Shown here piece by piece: positions 19,878 to 29,349 of a stretch of 41,615 bases of DNA. The notes below the pieces were generated by a model, which did not search any database, had not been told where the DNA came from, and was given only the letters and a program-made list of their open reading frames with translations. The translations under genes were made by a program, and so were the position numbers. The stretch spans positions 1-41,615 of the IMG/VR virus record IMGVR_UViG_3300016665_000131. One strand, given 5' to 3'. This DNA comes from a virus (taxonomy: Duplodnaviria > Caudoviricetes). Position 1 is the stretch's first letter; the number at the start of each line of letters is the position of its first letter.

Positions 19878-21035
19878 TTAAGTCAAATAACGAGCAACTT
19901 GCGCAGACGGACGAGGACCAGTTACTGCGGCTCCCGTAGACGAAACACCTGCCAATACTGCAACGCCTGCCGGGTTGCGTACGATCAGAGTTCCTTCGAG
20001 GATGTACTGGTCCAACGATGCGTCAGCGTTGCTGTACACCTCGTTGTTCGGGCCCAGTTCGCGCAACGAACCCCACTGAATGACGTCAGGGTTCATGAAC
20101 AGAACGGAGGTGTTGTCAGCACCGGTCTGGTCCATGATCCAGCAGTCGTCGATCTGGTAGGTGTAGTTGAAGTCACCTTCGTAGGTGCTGATCGTGTCGC
20201 CCTTGTCAGCCGGGTTAAAACGGTTGATAGAACGGCTCGTCGGCATCATGTCGCTGATGTGGGTGCGCATCGAGGTCGGAACCACCATGTTGGTGATCTT
20301 CGCATTGAAACGCTGTTCAGCGGTGGTGACCAACTGCTTGTACAGGTACGGGCTGAACTGTTGCAGGGTCTGACCGGTCGAGAACGAGAAGTAGCCCAAG
20401 CCAGCGTTAGACAACGCACCGTTGAACGGGGTGTTGGTGCTGGTGGTGCTGGTCGTGTCGTTGCTGTCGGAAGCAGCCAGGTTCAGAACGGCAGTGCCCG
20501 AGGTGGGGTTGCCAGAACGAGTGCCAGCGAAAGCATACAGCGAACCAAAACGGCGACCGTTGTTGGGCGACGAACCTTGCGTGGCGGCTTGACCAGAGTA
20601 CTTGATAGAAGCACCGTCAGCACGAACCAGTTGCAGTTCGACGTCAAACATGATTTCGGTCAGCTGCTTGACTTCTTGGTAGGCTTGGGGATCGCCACCA
20701 GCCTGTTCAACCGCACGAGCCGTACCGGTTGCGCCAATCACGGTCGTGAAAATCTGGGTGTAGTTGCCCAGGTTCGAACGGGTGTTGGAAGCAGCGGTCG
20801 TGGCGTCTACAGAAGCGCCTTCCAGCTTGGCGTTCAGGCTGGGGGTGCGGAAGTAGTCGTTCGGCCAAATGTGCAAGGTCGAGTTGATCTTGCGCTTTTT
20901 GCTCATAGCCATGTTCGTGACCGGGGTGCGGTCCTTCACATAGTTAGAGACGGTCATGTCAAGGTCTTTGACAACGATATCGGTGGCGTATGCGCCATTA
21001 CCGTTACCGAGAGAGGTAGAGGTGATCGTGGACAT
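19878..21035 (-). CDS. Major capsid protein (DUF5309/SU10-like)
   Basis: NYTQIF, HIWPND and EGTLIVRNP motifs; AGGAG RBS; strong codon bias; follows the scaffold gene. Confidence 0.9.
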   Translation of the reverse strand: MSTITSTSLGNGNGAYATDIVVKDLDMTVSNYVKDRTPVTNMAMSKKRKINSTLHIWPNDYFRTPSLNAKLEGASVDATTAASNTRSNLGNYTQIFTTVIGATGTARAVEQAGGDPQAYQEVKQLTEIMFDVELQLVRADGASIKYSGQAATQGSSPNNGRRFGSLYAFAGTRSGNPTSGTAVLNLAASDSNDTTSTTSTNTPFNGALSNAGLGYFSFSTGQTLQQFSPYLYKQLVTTAEQRFNAKITNMVVPTSMRTHISDMMPTSRSINRFNPADKGDTISTYEGDFNYTYQIDDCWIMDQTGADNTSVLFMNPDVIQWGSLRELGPNNEVYSNADASLDQYILEGTLIVRNPAGVAVLAGVSSTGAAVTGPRPSAQVARYLT

Positions 21036-21051
21036 TTAAAAACTCCTAAGG

Positions 21052-22167
21052 TTATCGTCGACGTTTGTTTGCCGACAACAAAGTTGCTAAAAAATCACGC
21101 TGGGCATTCTTGTCACCAGAATCTGCTTTTTTCTTCAAAGAAGTTACTTCGTCTTCAGGAGAGGTTTTGCTTTTTGCAGTCGGTTTACTAGCCGCAGCCA
21201 ATGAACCACCAGCATTTCGCACTTTAGGGCCTTCGCGGAACTTCATACCATCTCGGATCAAACCTAGAAGGTATTCATCACTGCTAACCAAATCAATGTT
21301 TGGCACACCAGGGATAAACGTACCGTTTGCAGCCTTCCACTCTTTAGACAACTTATCACGGAGTTCCGTAAAAGCCGCCTTATTGCTCAATTCTTTGTCA
21401 GAGAAACTCTGACGGGCCTTTTCTAGCTCTTGTTGGACAAAAGCAGTCCGGGCTTGATAGAACTGTTCAACCTTTGGACGATTCGACTGAATGAATCTAG
21501 ACTTCTCTTCAATTAAAAGAGCGTTCTGTCGGATAGCCGCTTCAGCTTCGCTTCTTTCAACTTCAGTAGTTGCCCGATCTCTGATTTGCGTCCATTGCTG
21601 GTTATATTGCTGAAGAGTAACTAGTTCATCAGCAGCAGACTGCAACTGAGGAACAATGGTCAACTCTAGACCAATTTGCAAACCATCAATTTCATTTCGT
21701 CGTTTCTGTACTTCCTCTTCAAAATCAGCTTTTTCTAGCTTCAGTTTCCGAGCATTTTCATCAATGTCGCTAGTTTGACCAAGAAGCGTTGCGGCTTTCT
21801 TTGCCGTTACCTCAACAAAACCACCCTCGGCGTTTTTATTAGGAATACGGAATTTGAAATCCGGGTTTTGCTCCGCAAACTCAAAGAAATTAACCGGATC
21901 ACTATCGCCAGCGGCGGGTTCCTCGGCTTCCTCTTCATTTACAGTTTCTTCAGTCTCACCATTAACATTTTCAGGTTCAGCACCTTCAGTAGGAGCCGCC
22001 TCCGGGGATTTGGCTTTCGCCTCTTCTTGTCCGGCTGGAGGTGGGCTAGACCCATCAGGCTGTTGACTGTTACGCTTGTTAGCGGCAATCATGGCAGCGA
22101 TTTGATCTACCGGGTTCTCTCCAGTTTGCTCTGTGACGGTCGGGTTAGCGATAACGTCAGTATTCAT
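21052..22167 (-). CDS. Capsid scaffolding protein
   Basis: Acidic disordered N-terminus, coiled coil and basic C-terminus; lies between portal and capsid. Confidence 0.8.
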   Translation of the reverse strand: MNTDVIANPTVTEQTGENPVDQIAAMIAANKRNSQQPDGSSPPPAGQEEAKAKSPEAAPTEGAEPENVNGETEETVNEEEAEEPAAGDSDPVNFFEFAEQNPDFKFRIPNKNAEGGFVEVTAKKAATLLGQTSDIDENARKLKLEKADFEEEVQKRRNEIDGLQIGLELTIVPQLQSAADELVTLQQYNQQWTQIRDRATTEVERSEAEAAIRQNALLIEEKSRFIQSNRPKVEQFYQARTAFVQQELEKARQSFSDKELSNKAAFTELRDKLSKEWKAANGTFIPGVPNIDLVSSDEYLLGLIRDGMKFREGPKVRNAGGSLAAASKPTAKSKTSPEDEVTSLKKKADSGDKNAQRDFLATLLSANKRRR

Positions 22168-22183
22168 ATCTTATCTCACTTGG

Positions 22184-22504
22184 TTAAGTTTCAGCTCTTT
22201 TTTGAGCCACTTTCCCGAGATATTCCATCTTTTCGACAAAGGTAAGAAAGTCTCGGACCCCAGCAACCATATATGCGTTGCTAATTCTTTTTGAGTCATC
22301 ATTAGATTCTTCTAACGCGCTCAAGAGGTCAAACCTATATAGGTTGAACATCAATGCAAAGTCTTCATTCCTTAATAGGCGTGAAGCACATTCCCCATTC
22401 TCGATTGCCAGAACCCGACGTTCTGTACTTGCCCCTTTCTCCGCATCTCGCGCATTTGATCTGCGATTAAAGTAATCACGAATATTCTTTACCATGCTAT
22501 ACAT
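22184..22504 (-). CDS. Small head-assembly protein between portal and scaffold
   Basis: GECASRLLRNEDF helical motif; synteny. Confidence 0.65.
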   Translation of the reverse strand: MYSMVKNIRDYFNRRSNARDAEKGASTERRVLAIENGECASRLLRNEDFALMFNLYRFDLLSALEESNDDSKRISNAYMVAGVRDFLTFVEKMEYLGKVAQKRAET

Positions 22505-22512
22505 AACTATCC

Positions 22513-24663
22513 TTAATCAACTTGGACGGCGCTCAACTTTCCACGTTTAGCAGCCATCGCTTCAAACATATTGTCCATATCAATATCTTCAGCTTTTTTA
22601 CCCAGCAACACAGTATTTGCTGCCGTTTCTTGGGTTTTGGCTTTATTCAATTCAACTTTAGATTGAATTTCCTGCTCTTGCGCACCAGGGCCTTTTTGCG
22701 CTTGAGCCTGAACCATCTTAGCCGCTTCCTCAAATGTTGGCAAATATGCGTCAACGTCCTTAACTCCCAAAACACGCAACGTGTCTTCGTAAGGACGGCG
22801 AATCTTGGCAAACAATTCAGGCACTTCTGGCGGCACTTGCATCATTGCTTGCCCAAATTGAACTTGGGTTTGCAAAATCAATTGCTGGCGCGTCAAACGA
22901 TTCTCTTCAGACAAAAATCCAAGAGCCAAATCAACACTGATTAACTTGCGGTCAATAAATTCAAAGTTTTTAACCGACTCGGCATCCATAAATGGCATAC
23001 CTTTGCCGCAAGTATTTGCCAATTGCTGAATGTTGTAGTCATCAGCATATTGAACCAATGTCTTCCAAGTAATATAAATTAGGTCAGAAAGGCCAATTGC
23101 ACAGTTTTTAACTGTGTCATCTTGAACCAGTTGATTCGGGCCCATAGCAAGTTGCAGCTTGTAGCCACTATTGCCATCTTTCATAACCTCTGGGTTAAAT
23201 GTATCTGAAGGGTTGGACATCCCAACCATTGCCATACGGTCAGACTCCAAGCGCTCCATAGAGTCTTGGATATATGCAATATTGCCTTGCAAAGGTGCAA
23301 ATTCAAAAACGTGCTTGCCTGGATCAAACTTGCGATCCAAAACAAACATGGCAGATACACCGCGCTGAATTTCTTCAGCATCCATAAACTCAGGGTTTAC
23401 CCCAATACGAGGAGTAGACGCTTGCATTGCAAAGGATTGCTCTGCGCGGCGCATGGAGGTGGCGTATTCCTGAATCGGAACTAGGCGCTCTCCCAAAGAG
23501 TAACCAAAGAAGTTGCCAACAATAGGTTTGGGGCAAATTCCTGCCAGCGGAATGAACTCAACTTCTTTGACGTACAGGATGTAGGAACCTGAGAAACAGA
23601 CTTCTACGATCTCTTCTTCGCCATCATTATCAATGTCTTTGCGTAGCCAAGCGGTCGTAAGCATGACCACACGGCTGTAGCGGTCAGCGCCTTGAGACGC
23701 AATAACGCCTTGGCCTGGAACGGGAGTTGAGTCTCGCGCATGGAGAGCCAAATCGTTTTCCAGAGCGCCAGCCTGATAAGCACCAGCTGGGCCGTATGCT
23801 GCATGGTCAGCGAACTTTTCCATGTCGATGTAGGGATATTGTGCTTTTGCTTCATGGATCGTCATTGGATCATAGAAGCCACAAAAATCCTGATCTTGAA
23901 TGCGCGGTATTGTGGGGTTGCACACAAAGTAGTGTTGAGCAACATGGCGCAAACGAATAGTCGTTGAATAACCAGTCAGTTTGTATTTGGCGCGATAAAC
24001 AGTACTGGCTTTCAAAGCTTCTTCTAGCGCTTCTTCACCTTCGCCAGATTGCAAAGTCTCAGTAATTGCACCTTCTAGATCAACATCAATACGGCGCATA
24101 TTTTGACGTTTGGCAGTTAAGCCTTTTTCTGCCGCCAAAATCTCAAATGAGCGCAGTTGATCTCGCGTTCCTTCTACTTCTTTGTATTGAGTAATGGGCT
24201 CTCGCAGAGGAGAAACCATGACAATACCGTTTTTGTGAAGCAGACCATCTTGCACCCAACCACGCACAAACTGATATGGGTCGTTCTTGCTGTTAAGCAT
24301 ATATTTGACCATTTCAGTGGCTTGACGCGCTTGTGCATCATCAGCTTCAGAGAAACGCTCAAACTCAAAATTGATTCGTCCGTTAGGCAACAGACACTTG
24401 GTAATTACGGCAGTAACGTAATCAATGCCAGTAGAAACAATAGGTTGGATATAGTCCAAACCACGAATAGGTTCGGTACTGTTAGCAACGGGAATGTTGA
24501 GGTAATGGTAGTCAGTAAAACGGTTGTAGGTGTTCTTGGACTGAGTTAGTCGCAAGTAATCAACCATCTTTACATAGACTTCATGGCCTAGTCGCTCTGC
24601 CAAACTGCGATGGCCCTCACCACTGGCAAGGTTTTCAACCACGACATTTTGTTTATCCAACAT
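22513..24663 (-). CDS. Portal protein
   Basis: 716 aa; D..QARQATEMVKY, DGLLHKNGIV and DIDNDGEEE motifs; Gln-rich C-terminal barrel. Confidence 0.9.
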   Translation of the reverse strand: MLDKQNVVVENLASGEGHRSLAERLGHEVYVKMVDYLRLTQSKNTYNRFTDYHYLNIPVANSTEPIRGLDYIQPIVSTGIDYVTAVITKCLLPNGRINFEFERFSEADDAQARQATEMVKYMLNSKNDPYQFVRGWVQDGLLHKNGIVMVSPLREPITQYKEVEGTRDQLRSFEILAAEKGLTAKRQNMRRIDVDLEGAITETLQSGEGEEALEEALKASTVYRAKYKLTGYSTTIRLRHVAQHYFVCNPTIPRIQDQDFCGFYDPMTIHEAKAQYPYIDMEKFADHAAYGPAGAYQAGALENDLALHARDSTPVPGQGVIASQGADRYSRVVMLTTAWLRKDIDNDGEEEIVEVCFSGSYILYVKEVEFIPLAGICPKPIVGNFFGYSLGERLVPIQEYATSMRRAEQSFAMQASTPRIGVNPEFMDAEEIQRGVSAMFVLDRKFDPGKHVFEFAPLQGNIAYIQDSMERLESDRMAMVGMSNPSDTFNPEVMKDGNSGYKLQLAMGPNQLVQDDTVKNCAIGLSDLIYITWKTLVQYADDYNIQQLANTCGKGMPFMDAESVKNFEFIDRKLISVDLALGFLSEENRLTRQQLILQTQVQFGQAMMQVPPEVPELFAKIRRPYEDTLRVLGVKDVDAYLPTFEEAAKMVQAQAQKGPGAQEQEIQSKVELNKAKTQETAANTVLLGKKAEDIDMDNMFEAMAAKRGKLSAVQVD

Positions 24664-24671
24664 ATTAGGCC

Positions 24672-26264
24672 TTACATTCGTTGTACTTTGCCTTCAAGAA
24701 CGGGAATTCTCTTGTTTGCAAAGTTGTTTGCACGACTAACAATTGTTTCGCCGTGTCCTTGAATTAACGCCAAAATGCCAATCCTCGCAGAATCAATGTG
24801 ATCGTCAGGATCAGAAAATCTTCCAGAATCATCAATGGCATAGTTTCTGGCCTCGTCAAGGAATTCCTTACATGATTCGTTAATCATAAAGGTTTTACGC
24901 TCCATCCCCAAGCGCATTATATTTATTCCATACGATTTATGGTTGGTGACTTTACCCTGCTCGTTTGGCGGGTTCAAAATAGCACCAGGAATACAGTTCA
25001 ACCCATATTTGTCTTCAAAGACTTCGCGGACGGACTGTTCTGTCAGCGTATATCGACCAGCAGTAGCCGCATCATGTGGGAGTGCAATGGGAACGTCTCT
25101 GCTTTCTCTGTCCAACAAATAATGCACATATTCATCCGGGGTTTCACCAGAGGCAATCTTGATCTGCCGGTGCAAATAGATGATTTCGGTGCTTGGATCG
25201 CGGAAAAAGAACGAAATAACGGTTGGGTCGTTTTTGATACCCAAGTCAAAGCTAATCAGACGTTCTAGTTTTGGATCATCTTGTAAGTCTAATTCATTAG
25301 CTTTATATGTTGGCCACTCAAGTAGCGGAAAAACAACACCTTTGCCGACAAGGGGAATGCCTTTCATGCGGCATTCTCGTTCCCAAGGCATAAAGTCTCG
25401 AGAAAGTTGATCTCGTTCTTTTTGAGAGAAAAAGTCTTCTCCCCATTCATTCTTGTACGGAATGTCATCCCATGTTACTCGAACATGAGAGTATCCGTCT
25501 ACTTGATCCCAGAACTTTCTAACTAAGCCTGATAGACCTTTGAGTGGAGTAAATGAACATATAACTTGACCTTCCCTTGCTGCGGTTCGTACAACAAGTT
25601 CTGAGAATGTTTCGTCGGGGGGCTGTTCGTCCAGCACGACGAGGTCGAGTTCGAAACCTTGGAGGTGTCGGGTTTGTTGTGTGTAGTTAGAGAAGTAGAG
25701 TTTCGATTTTCCACCAGTTTTGTGCCAGATCTCAATAGCCAGCACGTTTGCTCCGTCCGAACGGATAGACTTTTCATCAATACACTCCCTTGGAATAGAA
25801 CCTGTTCCCAACTTATACAGTTGCTTGATATCGTCGCAACCAAGCAATTTTGACTGTAGAGTTTTAGCTACCTGTTCCCATGATTCGCCGGTACACATGG
25901 CAATAATTGGGTGGTCCCAGGTTTTGCCATCCCAATCATCAGGATACCTACCAGTCAAATGATAGGCAGTCTCGTATGTAGAAGCGATTGTTTTGCCAGA
26001 ACGGTTAGCCGCAATCATTCCTCGACGAGCATAGTTTTTGCCAGTCTTAAAGAATTTGCGTTGATAGGGAAACGGTCGAAACCATTTAAGAGCGTTGAAT
26101 TGCATATCATGTGCAATCTTGTCTCTTGCGACTTGCATTTTCTTCAGTTGATCGTTGTCTAACTTTTCAACTGTTTTCTTGCCGCCAGAAAGATGCACTA
26201 GATATTTAGTAGCCCTCTGTTTATAGATAGGCTGAATGTAATCACTGGCTTCACTTTTTGCCAT
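24672..26264 (-). CDS. terL: Terminase large subunit
   Basis: Walker A AANRSGKT, Walker B VVLDEQPP, SFTP coupling motif; nuclease FDLG...DDHIDS. Confidence 0.95.
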   Translation of the reverse strand: MAKSEASDYIQPIYKQRATKYLVHLSGGKKTVEKLDNDQLKKMQVARDKIAHDMQFNALKWFRPFPYQRKFFKTGKNYARRGMIAANRSGKTIASTYETAYHLTGRYPDDWDGKTWDHPIIAMCTGESWEQVAKTLQSKLLGCDDIKQLYKLGTGSIPRECIDEKSIRSDGANVLAIEIWHKTGGKSKLYFSNYTQQTRHLQGFELDLVVLDEQPPDETFSELVVRTAAREGQVICSFTPLKGLSGLVRKFWDQVDGYSHVRVTWDDIPYKNEWGEDFFSQKERDQLSRDFMPWERECRMKGIPLVGKGVVFPLLEWPTYKANELDLQDDPKLERLISFDLGIKNDPTVISFFFRDPSTEIIYLHRQIKIASGETPDEYVHYLLDRESRDVPIALPHDAATAGRYTLTEQSVREVFEDKYGLNCIPGAILNPPNEQGKVTNHKSYGINIMRLGMERKTFMINESCKEFLDEARNYAIDDSGRFSDPDDHIDSARIGILALIQGHGETIVSRANNFANKRIPVLEGKVQRM

Positions 26265-26442
26265 ATTTGTCTCTTAAAGACAAAAGGATTTCTGCTGCAC
26301 AGGCCAAGTAATACACACTTTCTGGTTCTAGTTTGCCGTGTTGCTGAAGGTCTTTCTGCAACCACTCTAGAGTTTTTCTAGCGCATATCTCTGCTTGGCC
26401 TGACAGCTTATCCCGAAAGACAACCGACAGGTCTTCCATCAC
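26251..26442 (-). CDS. Hypothetical protein
   Basis: Translationally coupled to its neighbours. Confidence 0.6.
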   Translation of the reverse strand: MMEDLSVVFRDKLSGQAEICARKTLEWLQKDLQQHGKLEPESVYYLACAAEILLSLRDKYGKK

Positions 26443-27080
26443 GCCCAGGGGTTAGCGATGTTCTTTTGGGAGATACTGACAATCTCTCGGTCAATCAGAC
26501 TCCAGATGCCAGCACCTTTTTCGCCAATACAGTAAGTGTACAGACCACGACCCTTTTCTGTAAACGAACCATCTGCTCGGCGGCAAATAGTCTCGGGGGT
26601 ACGAGGATCAATCCAGCTGTATTTCTCAGGCACACGTTGTCCATATTTATTGAGTCGTTCACCAACGGCTACTTGCTCAACAGGGCCAACGATTTGGAAA
26701 GTGATGATGCCGTTATCGTATTTGCGAAAATCAATAGCCACTTTCCGGTCTGACTGAGGGTCATCAGGGTGCGGCATATTGGTTGCGCCAAAGTAATGGA
26801 CTCGGCTATCTTCAGGCGGGAGGCCTTCAGCACGACCAGGCATCGGCGGCAGTGGGTCTTCAGGAATGATTTCCTTTTTATCCACATACGGATTTTGGTC
26901 GCTAATGAATTCTGAAGGGACCTTCTTTCCTTCCAAAGCGTTTTTAGCAACTTGGTATTGCTCGTCTTTGGGTTTGCCAATAAGGTCTAGCGCAATGTTT
27001 GTGCGGTCATACACAAACTGCGCCAAATCTTTAGCCGTGGGAAGGTCGGCCTTCAAGGCCTCAATGTCATACGTTGCCAT
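26439..27080 (-). CDS. Hypothetical protein (213 aa)
   Basis: AAGGA RBS; co-oriented. Confidence 0.75.
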   Translation of the reverse strand: MATYDIEALKADLPTAKDLAQFVYDRTNIALDLIGKPKDEQYQVAKNALEGKKVPSEFISDQNPYVDKKEIIPEDPLPPMPGRAEGLPPEDSRVHYFGATNMPHPDDPQSDRKVAIDFRKYDNGIITFQIVGPVEQVAVGERLNKYGQRVPEKYSWIDPRTPETICRRADGSFTEKGRGLYTYCIGEKGAGIWSLIDREIVSISQKNIANPWA

Positions 27081-27094
27081 ACTATTTCCTTTAG

Positions 27095-27241
27095 TTAATC
27101 GGTAGATTCTTCAATGAGTTCATCGCCAACTTGCGGCTTATTCTGTGCCACATAATCAAACGAAAGGGTTTTCTCCGAACCATCTTCCATGATTGCGACA
27201 ATAGCATTGTTTTCATCACGTTTAAAGTCTTCAATTTTCAT
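27095..27241 (-). CDS. Small acidic hypothetical protein (48 aa)
   Basis: Start reassigned to MKIEDFKR at 27241; YVAQNKPQVGD motif. Confidence 0.6.
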   Translation of the reverse strand: MKIEDFKRDENNAIVAIMEDGSEKTLSFDYVAQNKPQVGDELIEESTD

Positions 27242-27242
27242 A

Positions 27243-27467
27243 TTACACCTTGGACGGAACGGAACCTTTTTTGAACTTGTCACCATCACGAACGTCATTG
27301 ATCGATTGGTTAGACAAGACTCGGGTTTTATAAGCGTCTACAACTTGAGCAGCAACGCTGTCACGACGAGAATATTCTTTTTCTCGGCTAGACACTTTTT
27401 CATTGATGCCTTTAGTCAGACCCTTGCGCATAGAAGCGCCACCAGAAATCACTTTACCGTAGGACAT
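27243..27467 (-). CDS. Small basic hypothetical protein
   Basis: GAGG RBS; K/R/S/G-rich. Confidence 0.65.
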   Translation of the reverse strand: MSYGKVISGGASMRKGLTKGINEKVSSREKEYSRRDSVAAQVVDAYKTRVLSNQSINDVRDGDKFKKGSVPSKV

Positions 27468-27474
27468 GATTACC

Positions 27475-27765
27475 TCACTTCAGGTAGTTGGTACGGTCGC
27501 TATTCATGTACGCATCGTTACGAGGCGTTTTGTCATAGCAAGGAGCGCAATTTACAGAAACTTTTTGGCCGCGACCAGAAGTAACGTCTTTGCCAGTTGA
27601 AGGAGCACCCTGCCGACCAGCAGCGTAATTTGTACTGCCATTTGGACGAGTAACAGAAGTAACACCACCAGAGTGCTTAGGACCATCCTTAGAGATGTTT
27701 CCACGGCGATTAGGAGCTTGGGCCATAAGCGTAGGAGCTTTGTTACCAGAGGTATATCCACTCAT
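27475..27765 (-). CDS. Small basic disordered protein
   Basis: AAGGA RBS; G/S/T/K-rich. Confidence 0.65.
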   Translation of the reverse strand: MSGYTSGNKAPTLMAQAPNRRGNISKDGPKHSGGVTSVTRPNGSTNYAAGRQGAPSTGKDVTSGRGQKVSVNCAPCYDKTPRNDAYMNSDRTNYLK

Positions 27766-27905
27766 TTCTTTCCTTTCTTGTGCTGCGCAGCACGTTTTAC
27801 GGAATAAGCAATCGCAACTGCTTGTTTTTGGCCTTTGCCAGCCTTGACTTCAGCGGCGACATTCTTTTTAAATGCCTTTTCAGACTTTGATTTAACCAAT
27901 GGCAT
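27762..27905 (-). CDS. Very basic small protein (47 aa)
   Basis: Manual translation [47 protein letters not shown]; the KQAVAIA motif is common in phage late regions. Confidence 0.75.
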   Translation of the reverse strand: MPLVKSKSEKAFKKNVAAEVKAGKGQKQAVAIAYSVKRAAQHKKGKK

Positions 27906-27907
27906 TA

Positions 27908-28324
27908 TCACACCTTTCTAAGAGAAGTGAGAAAATCATCTAACGCTTCATCAGCGTCAGCTTCTTCATCCCTCTGTATGCTCTGTACATGGTCAATCGA
28001 GATAATAGGAGCTCGGCTAGATTCAAATGTCGCAATCTTCTCCGCAATCCTAGCCCTGTCTTTAATATCCAGTTCGTCAGACTGTAACGCCTCAATCAAG
28101 GTTTGCATAGCCGTCTTCAAAGGCGGCCTGCCAGCAGCAATCTGTAACTCATTTAACTGGTTAAACAACGCCCCATATTCAGTCACCCTGTTAACAACAG
28201 ACTTGGGACGCGCTTCTTTAGGAATGGCTTTACCAGTGGCTAACTCTTGAGCCCTCTGTTCGGCACGATATCTCTTCTTGTACTCACGCCTCTTGGCACG
28301 AGTCTCTTCCATAGACATCACCAT
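27908..28324 (-). CDS. Putative terminase small subunit (start uncertain)
   Basis: [10 protein letters not shown] resembles the RPKGSxNKxT motif; helical oligomerisation-type region; located upstream of terL. Confidence 0.5.
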   Translation of the reverse strand: MVMSMEETRAKRREYKKRYRAEQRAQELATGKAIPKEARPKSVVNRVTEYGALFNQLNELQIAAGRPPLKTAMQTLIEALQSDELDIKDRARIAEKIATFESSRAPIISIDHVQSIQRDEEADADEALDDFLTSLRKV

Positions 28325-28325
28325 A

Positions 28326-28808
28326 TCAAACTCCAGTACGAATCCAAGCATACGAACCATTCACAATAAATCCCCTCTTCTTGTGAATCTTCATAAACCC
28401 ATCATGCTCAGACCTAATAGAAGTAGAACAAACAATAGGAATGCCCCAAGTATGCGCCCAAAGTATATGCTGGTCAATCATCTCATTTATTAACCTCACC
28501 CTGGTCTTCACCGGCAAAGAAAGATCAACATGGTGAAACTTGGCATTGCTAATCTCTTCATTCGAATAAGTCGTGTACCCACCACGGTCAAACCAGCAAA
28601 ACCCCAATAACCTATCCCCATCTCTACATACCGCTAAAAACTCTTTCCCCTTGTCAAACAACTGCACAGTACTCGCAATCGTTACATTCTTCCTAAATAC
28701 ACCCCTGTCCCTACTCAACACCCCTTCAACCTCTCCTCCATAGTTCTGATCAGCCAGCATCACTATGTCCTCAACATCCTGCAAAGGATGCGCCAATGTC
28801 CATTCCAT
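28326..28808 (-). CDS. GNAT-fold acetyltransferase-like protein
   Basis: FLAVCRDGDRLLGFCW beta strands, FHHVD and FMKIHKKRGF motif B. Confidence 0.65.
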   Translation of the reverse strand: MEWTLAHPLQDVEDIVMLADQNYGGEVEGVLSRDRGVFRKNVTIASTVQLFDKGKEFLAVCRDGDRLLGFCWFDRGGYTTYSNEEISNAKFHHVDLSLPVKTRVRLINEMIDQHILWAHTWGIPIVCSTSIRSEHDGFMKIHKKRGFIVNGSYAWIRTGV

Positions 28809-28834
28809 ATCTATTCTCCTATTCGCTTTAGGCT

Positions 28835-28863
28835 AGTATAACTTTTTGAAAAAAATTTGGGAA
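28835..28863 (-). promoter_or_regulatory. Candidate late-operon promoter
   Basis: Minus strand TTCCCA-17 bp-TATACT, just upstream of the AGGAG RBS of the first late gene. Confidence 0.45.
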
Positions 28864-28915
28864 TGGGGGAGTGGGCCCCGCCTTTTCCCCCGCCAATCCC
28901 GGCATACCCCCCTGC

Positions 28916-28931
28916 TGTTTCACGTGAAACA
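28916..28931. promoter_or_regulatory. parS: parS site (perfect chromosomal ParB/Spo0J-type palindrome)
   Basis: TGTTTCACGTGAAACA, a 16/16 match to the widespread bacterial chromosomal parS consensus, in probably non-coding DNA. Confidence 0.85.
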
Positions 28932-29349
28932 AACCTATGGGGGCCTGGCTGAGTCGGATAACTGTGGGGGGCTTGTGAAAATCTCTGAGATGGGGCCCTA
29001 TCATTCCAAGCTTTTTTGATATCTGATGGGTTGATCTGGGTGACGTCTCTATCTCTATCTCTCTCTACACTCTCTCTATGCTTTTCCCTATGAAACACAA
29101 GCTCTGGGTTGATAGGTTTTCTTTTTGCGCGGACCTCACATAAGGCCATTTGAGCTACTTGCCTTAATCTGCCACTAATGACTAGTTAGTCAGTAAATTG
29201 ATTGTTTAGGGAAAATCAAATTTATTTAGCTTCTATCCCTATAGCGTCTCACTTTGCTGTCTCATGTCATAGGTTTATGCCGACATTCCTGGCATCAAAT
29301 CTCATAACTTATTAGGGTTTGTCCTGGTGTCTTTTTGTTGTTCTGCCTA

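Noticed and set aside
19899-21191. 430-aa plus-strand ORF antisense to the capsid gene
   Set aside because: Shadow ORF explained by the capsid gene's codon bias; it has no recognisable motifs and opposes the operon
28953-28982. Bona fide DnaA boxes
   Set aside because: Only about 6/9 matches to TGTGGATAA; kept as a weak remark in a finding, not called as a feature
28811-29149. 112-aa minus-strand ORF spanning parS
   Set aside because: Low-complexity translation of regulatory and microsatellite DNA with no clear RBS; cannot be fully excluded
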